Below are positions 60,711 through 64,000 of a DNA stretch of 64,000 bases, piece by piece. The notes beneath the pieces were generated by a model. It saw nothing but the letters and a program-made list of their open reading frames with translations, had not been told where the DNA came from and ran no database searches. The DNA is from Rotaria socialis (lineage: Eukaryota). Each line of letters begins with the position of its first letter. Positions within the stretch are counted from its first letter, which is position 1. The position numbers were made by a program, and so were the translations under genes. The stretch covers positions 62,001 through 126,000 of the forward strand of contig CAJNYD010000015.1 of assembly GCA_905331295.1 (NCBI GenBank), read 5' to 3'.

Positions 60711-63127
60711 ATGCAAATTGACGACAATCCATCGACTTTACTTGATTCATTAAAATGTCCAATTACTCATCAATTATTTTGCGATCCTGTTATCGGTGCT
60801 GATGGTCATACATATGAACGAAAAAATATCATAGCATGGATACAAAGAAATGCTTCAAGTCCAATTACACGCGAACACATGGATTTGAAATCATTAAGAC
60901 CAAATTATATTGTAAAAAAGATGGTCGACGAATTTCTATCGTTATCATTAGAAAAACATTATAAATTTCATCTTGATGTTGATGTATGTAAAACTAAACA
61001 GCAGCCAATATTTCAAACTCCAAATAAAATAATTTATGAAGCAAAATGGATGCAAAAACTTGGACCACCGATCGTGTTAATTAAAATAAATGGAACTAGA
61101 GCAAAACGTGAAGCAAGCTTTTATGTACAATTGAGTTGTCATCCTCATATTGTTCGAACCTATGGATTTATTGATAGTGATTCTTCGGCTAGCATTATGT
61201 TAGTTCAAGAGTATGCTCCTGGAGGTGATCTTAGTAAACTTTTACGGAACGCTAATTTTCAACCGACTTTTGAAGTTTTACTTGAGATATTTTGGCAAAT
61301 TGTTGATGCCATGATTTGCTTAGCCGACAATGAGATAGTTCATGGTGATCTAGCATGTCGTAATGTACTTGTTTTTCGATCGAGCTCTAACCAACCTATG
61401 GAAATACTGGTTAAACTAACTGATTTTGGACTTACTCGAGCTAGTCCACTATTCTCAGTATATGAAACAACGGCATCGTCGACGACAGTAATGATTCCGG
61501 TACGCCATGCTGCGCCTGAAATACTCTACGATGCATCTTCGAATAATTATTCAGAAAAGTCAGATGTTTACTCTTTTGGTGTCCTCATGTGGGAGGTATG
61601 TTCGGGAGGTGCAGTACCTTACGGAGATCTGAGAAGAAGTGATACTGTGTATCATGAAAGAATAAAAGGAAAATTACTCGAACAGCCGAATACATGCCCT
61701 AATGAACTTTGGAGTATTATTGTAAATTGTACTGAACAAGAATCACATAAGAGGCCTAATTTCAAAGCTATTCGAGAAGATTTACTTAGATTACGCTTTC
61801 AAAATAAAGAACAAATTTGTAATAGAACGGTTCGAACACAAGTAAGAAATAAAATCTAAAAATATCTGATGTGAATCACGTCTTTGTAGATCGATAATAT
61901 TTATCAAAATGTAACAAAATCAACGTATGATTTTAGACAAACAAATTATCAAAAGAGTCACTGTTTTGTTTCTTTTACAGTTTTTCAACGAATAATATTC
62001 CACAAGAAATCGATCATCAATATTATAATCCAGAGCCATTTCCCGAAGTAAATTGTTTCACGTGACAAATCGACATGAATATTGCATTTCACTTTCTTTA
62101 GAACGGCGACTGTAAGAGATTAACGGACGTTGGTTGTTATCAGAATTTAGACATTTCTTCAAATGAATATCGCCGTTCTCATCCAAGTAATCCGAATCAA
62201 TCATTGTCTCAATACTATATACCGTGTGAATATTGTTTACAGTCGATAAATACCGAGGATTTCGATAGGCATAAAGTATATTCTATTTACTTATTCAATA
62301 AGAAATTCATACTTCTTATCTAATTTCATAACTACGAAAGGAAATTTGCACTGTACAACGTCTTATAAGATCTTCCGCTAAGTATGTTAAAGTTCATGTT
62401 CTGTATCTATATTATATCTCTCTATATTCAGAGCTGCTGCTAAACTACCACCTTTAGAAATAACATCATGCATAAATTGCGAAAATATGATACCGTTAAA
62501 TATGTTTCACATTCATAAGGTAATATAAAAGATTAACAAAATGATTAATATTAACTAAATAATATTATCTCAAGAACACTTGTGATGGTAGCTCGGATTT
62601 CCTGGATAATACGTCTCCAATTTCTCTGCAGAACCCAACAACAGGAAGCTGTATGTTGAAACTTAATGTTCCATGGATCTATTATAGAATTATTCTTAAT
62701 AGATCAAACTATGACTTATTTAAAGCCTGTGCTACCTCCTTACTCTCAAACTCCAGAGAATATCTATCAAAATACAGCAATGATCAATTTACCGGTACAA
62801 AATCCAACACCAATAGGTACGCTAAAAATATTTAAAACAACACTGTTCGATACTATTAGGGAGTACGTTTAGTTGATAGGCAATCTGAAATATCGAATCA
62901 ATCGTCGATGCAAAATGTAAGTTGAAATTGACTGTTCATGCTGTAATAATCACAATTTGAAAATCATTTAATATTTGATAGGAATTTGAGACTATAACAT
63001 CGACGAAGCCACCAAAGTATGTTTCGACAAATATAATTACTTCTGTGTCTCTAAGTTAGCCATATATTCTTTTAGGACTGGCATACGAAAAACTTTATCC
63101 AAGCTTAAGCACAAAATTTTGCCATAG
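60711..63127 (+). CDS. U-box + tyrosine-kinase-like domain + two C2HC zinc fingers protein
   Basis: Exons 60711-61841, 61890-61924, 61981-62047, 62102-62275, 62341-62381, 62432-62519, 62575-62650, 62703-62816, 62873-62916, 62982-63016 and 63076-63127 splice in frame. U-box CPITHQLFCDPVIGADGHTYER..I..W....SPITR; kinase HGDLACRN, DFG, PVRHAAPE, SDVYSFGVLMWE; fingers CEYC-x11-HKEIC and CINC-x11-HKNTC. Confidence 0.88.
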
Positions 63128-64000
63128 TTCAAAACCATCAATCATTTTTATATACCAGATTTTTATCGAAATTTTAAAGCAAATAAATAATCCATGTCAT
63201 GTACATATAGAAAGTAATTGTAATATTGTTTCACTTCAAGCAGAATATTAAATATATTTATGTATGGTAATATCTCATAAAATATTACCAGACCTTCCGT
63301 ATATCCTAGAAGAGAAAAATACGATCATAGAAATAAAAAGAAAATCCACTGCTATTGGCATTATTCAACGGCAACATACAAAAGTTATATTTTCGCATGT
63401 ACTTCACATGTATTTACTACATTTTATCTATAGAAAATGAACAACAATTTGAGTTATTGCTGAAGTAAACGAATCACGAATGGTCGGGAAAAACAAATAT
63501 CCATCTATTTTCTTTTTATGAATTACTAATTTTGTTGAAACTTCGATAATGGTTTCAGATATAGCAAGACGTGAAAATATGTATTAAATATTTCTCATAA
63601 ATATATATTATTAATTATTTTCGTGTGCAACTTTTTGTATAATCAATTATTAATCTAATTTCTCGATCAAATTCAATAAATTCACACGAATAAAAGCTAT
63701 TTATTGAAACATGTATTTTTGCTATGAGCTTCTCAGTGTTGTAAAAAAATATTTAGATAATTTCTTTCGCACATTACAGAAACAATATTCAGTGTTTAGA
63801 CTGTACTGCTGTAAGACACAAAATAAAAAATACGATTTGCATTAGCACGAATACTGTAAGCATAGTTTTTTTTCCAGTCTGTTTTATTATCCACAATGTC
63901 CTTTCCTAACAATAACAAATTTACAAATAAAAATTTGATACAGAAATATCTCGTGAGGACTTCTATATATCAATCAAAACAAAAGCAATTTATAATATTA

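Overview
AT-rich, intron-dense animal genomic DNA with mostly 50-75 nt GT-AG introns. Intron size, gene content and repeat types suggest a bdelloid rotifer (inference, no search run). Genes assembled by hand from splice sites: a head-to-head calmodulin-like/troponin C pair, two uncharacterised genes, TMEM26, a divergent membrane-anchored GNAT-like gene, a TIR-less LRR single-pass receptor, a tight minus-strand trio RAB18-DDX31-LIAT1-like, tau-tubulin kinase, alpha-tubulin, syntaxin-17-like, ZMPSTE24, and an 11-exon gene fusing a U-box, a non-RD tyrosine-kinase-like domain, two C2HC zinc fingers and a YxN-rich tail. Mobile DNA: four hAT-type MITEs with 8-bp TSDs (two from one family), a decayed composite element holding a MULE transposase relic and a nested MITE, a DINE-1/Helentron-like element, and a Penelope-type inverted repeat carrying a minimal hammerhead ribozyme. 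There is also a HIT-family pseudogene and one N at an apparent assembly join. Best leads: the U-box-kinase-ZnF protein, the hammerhead hairpin in the RAB18 intron, and the operon-like RAB18-DDX31-LIAT1 arrangement.
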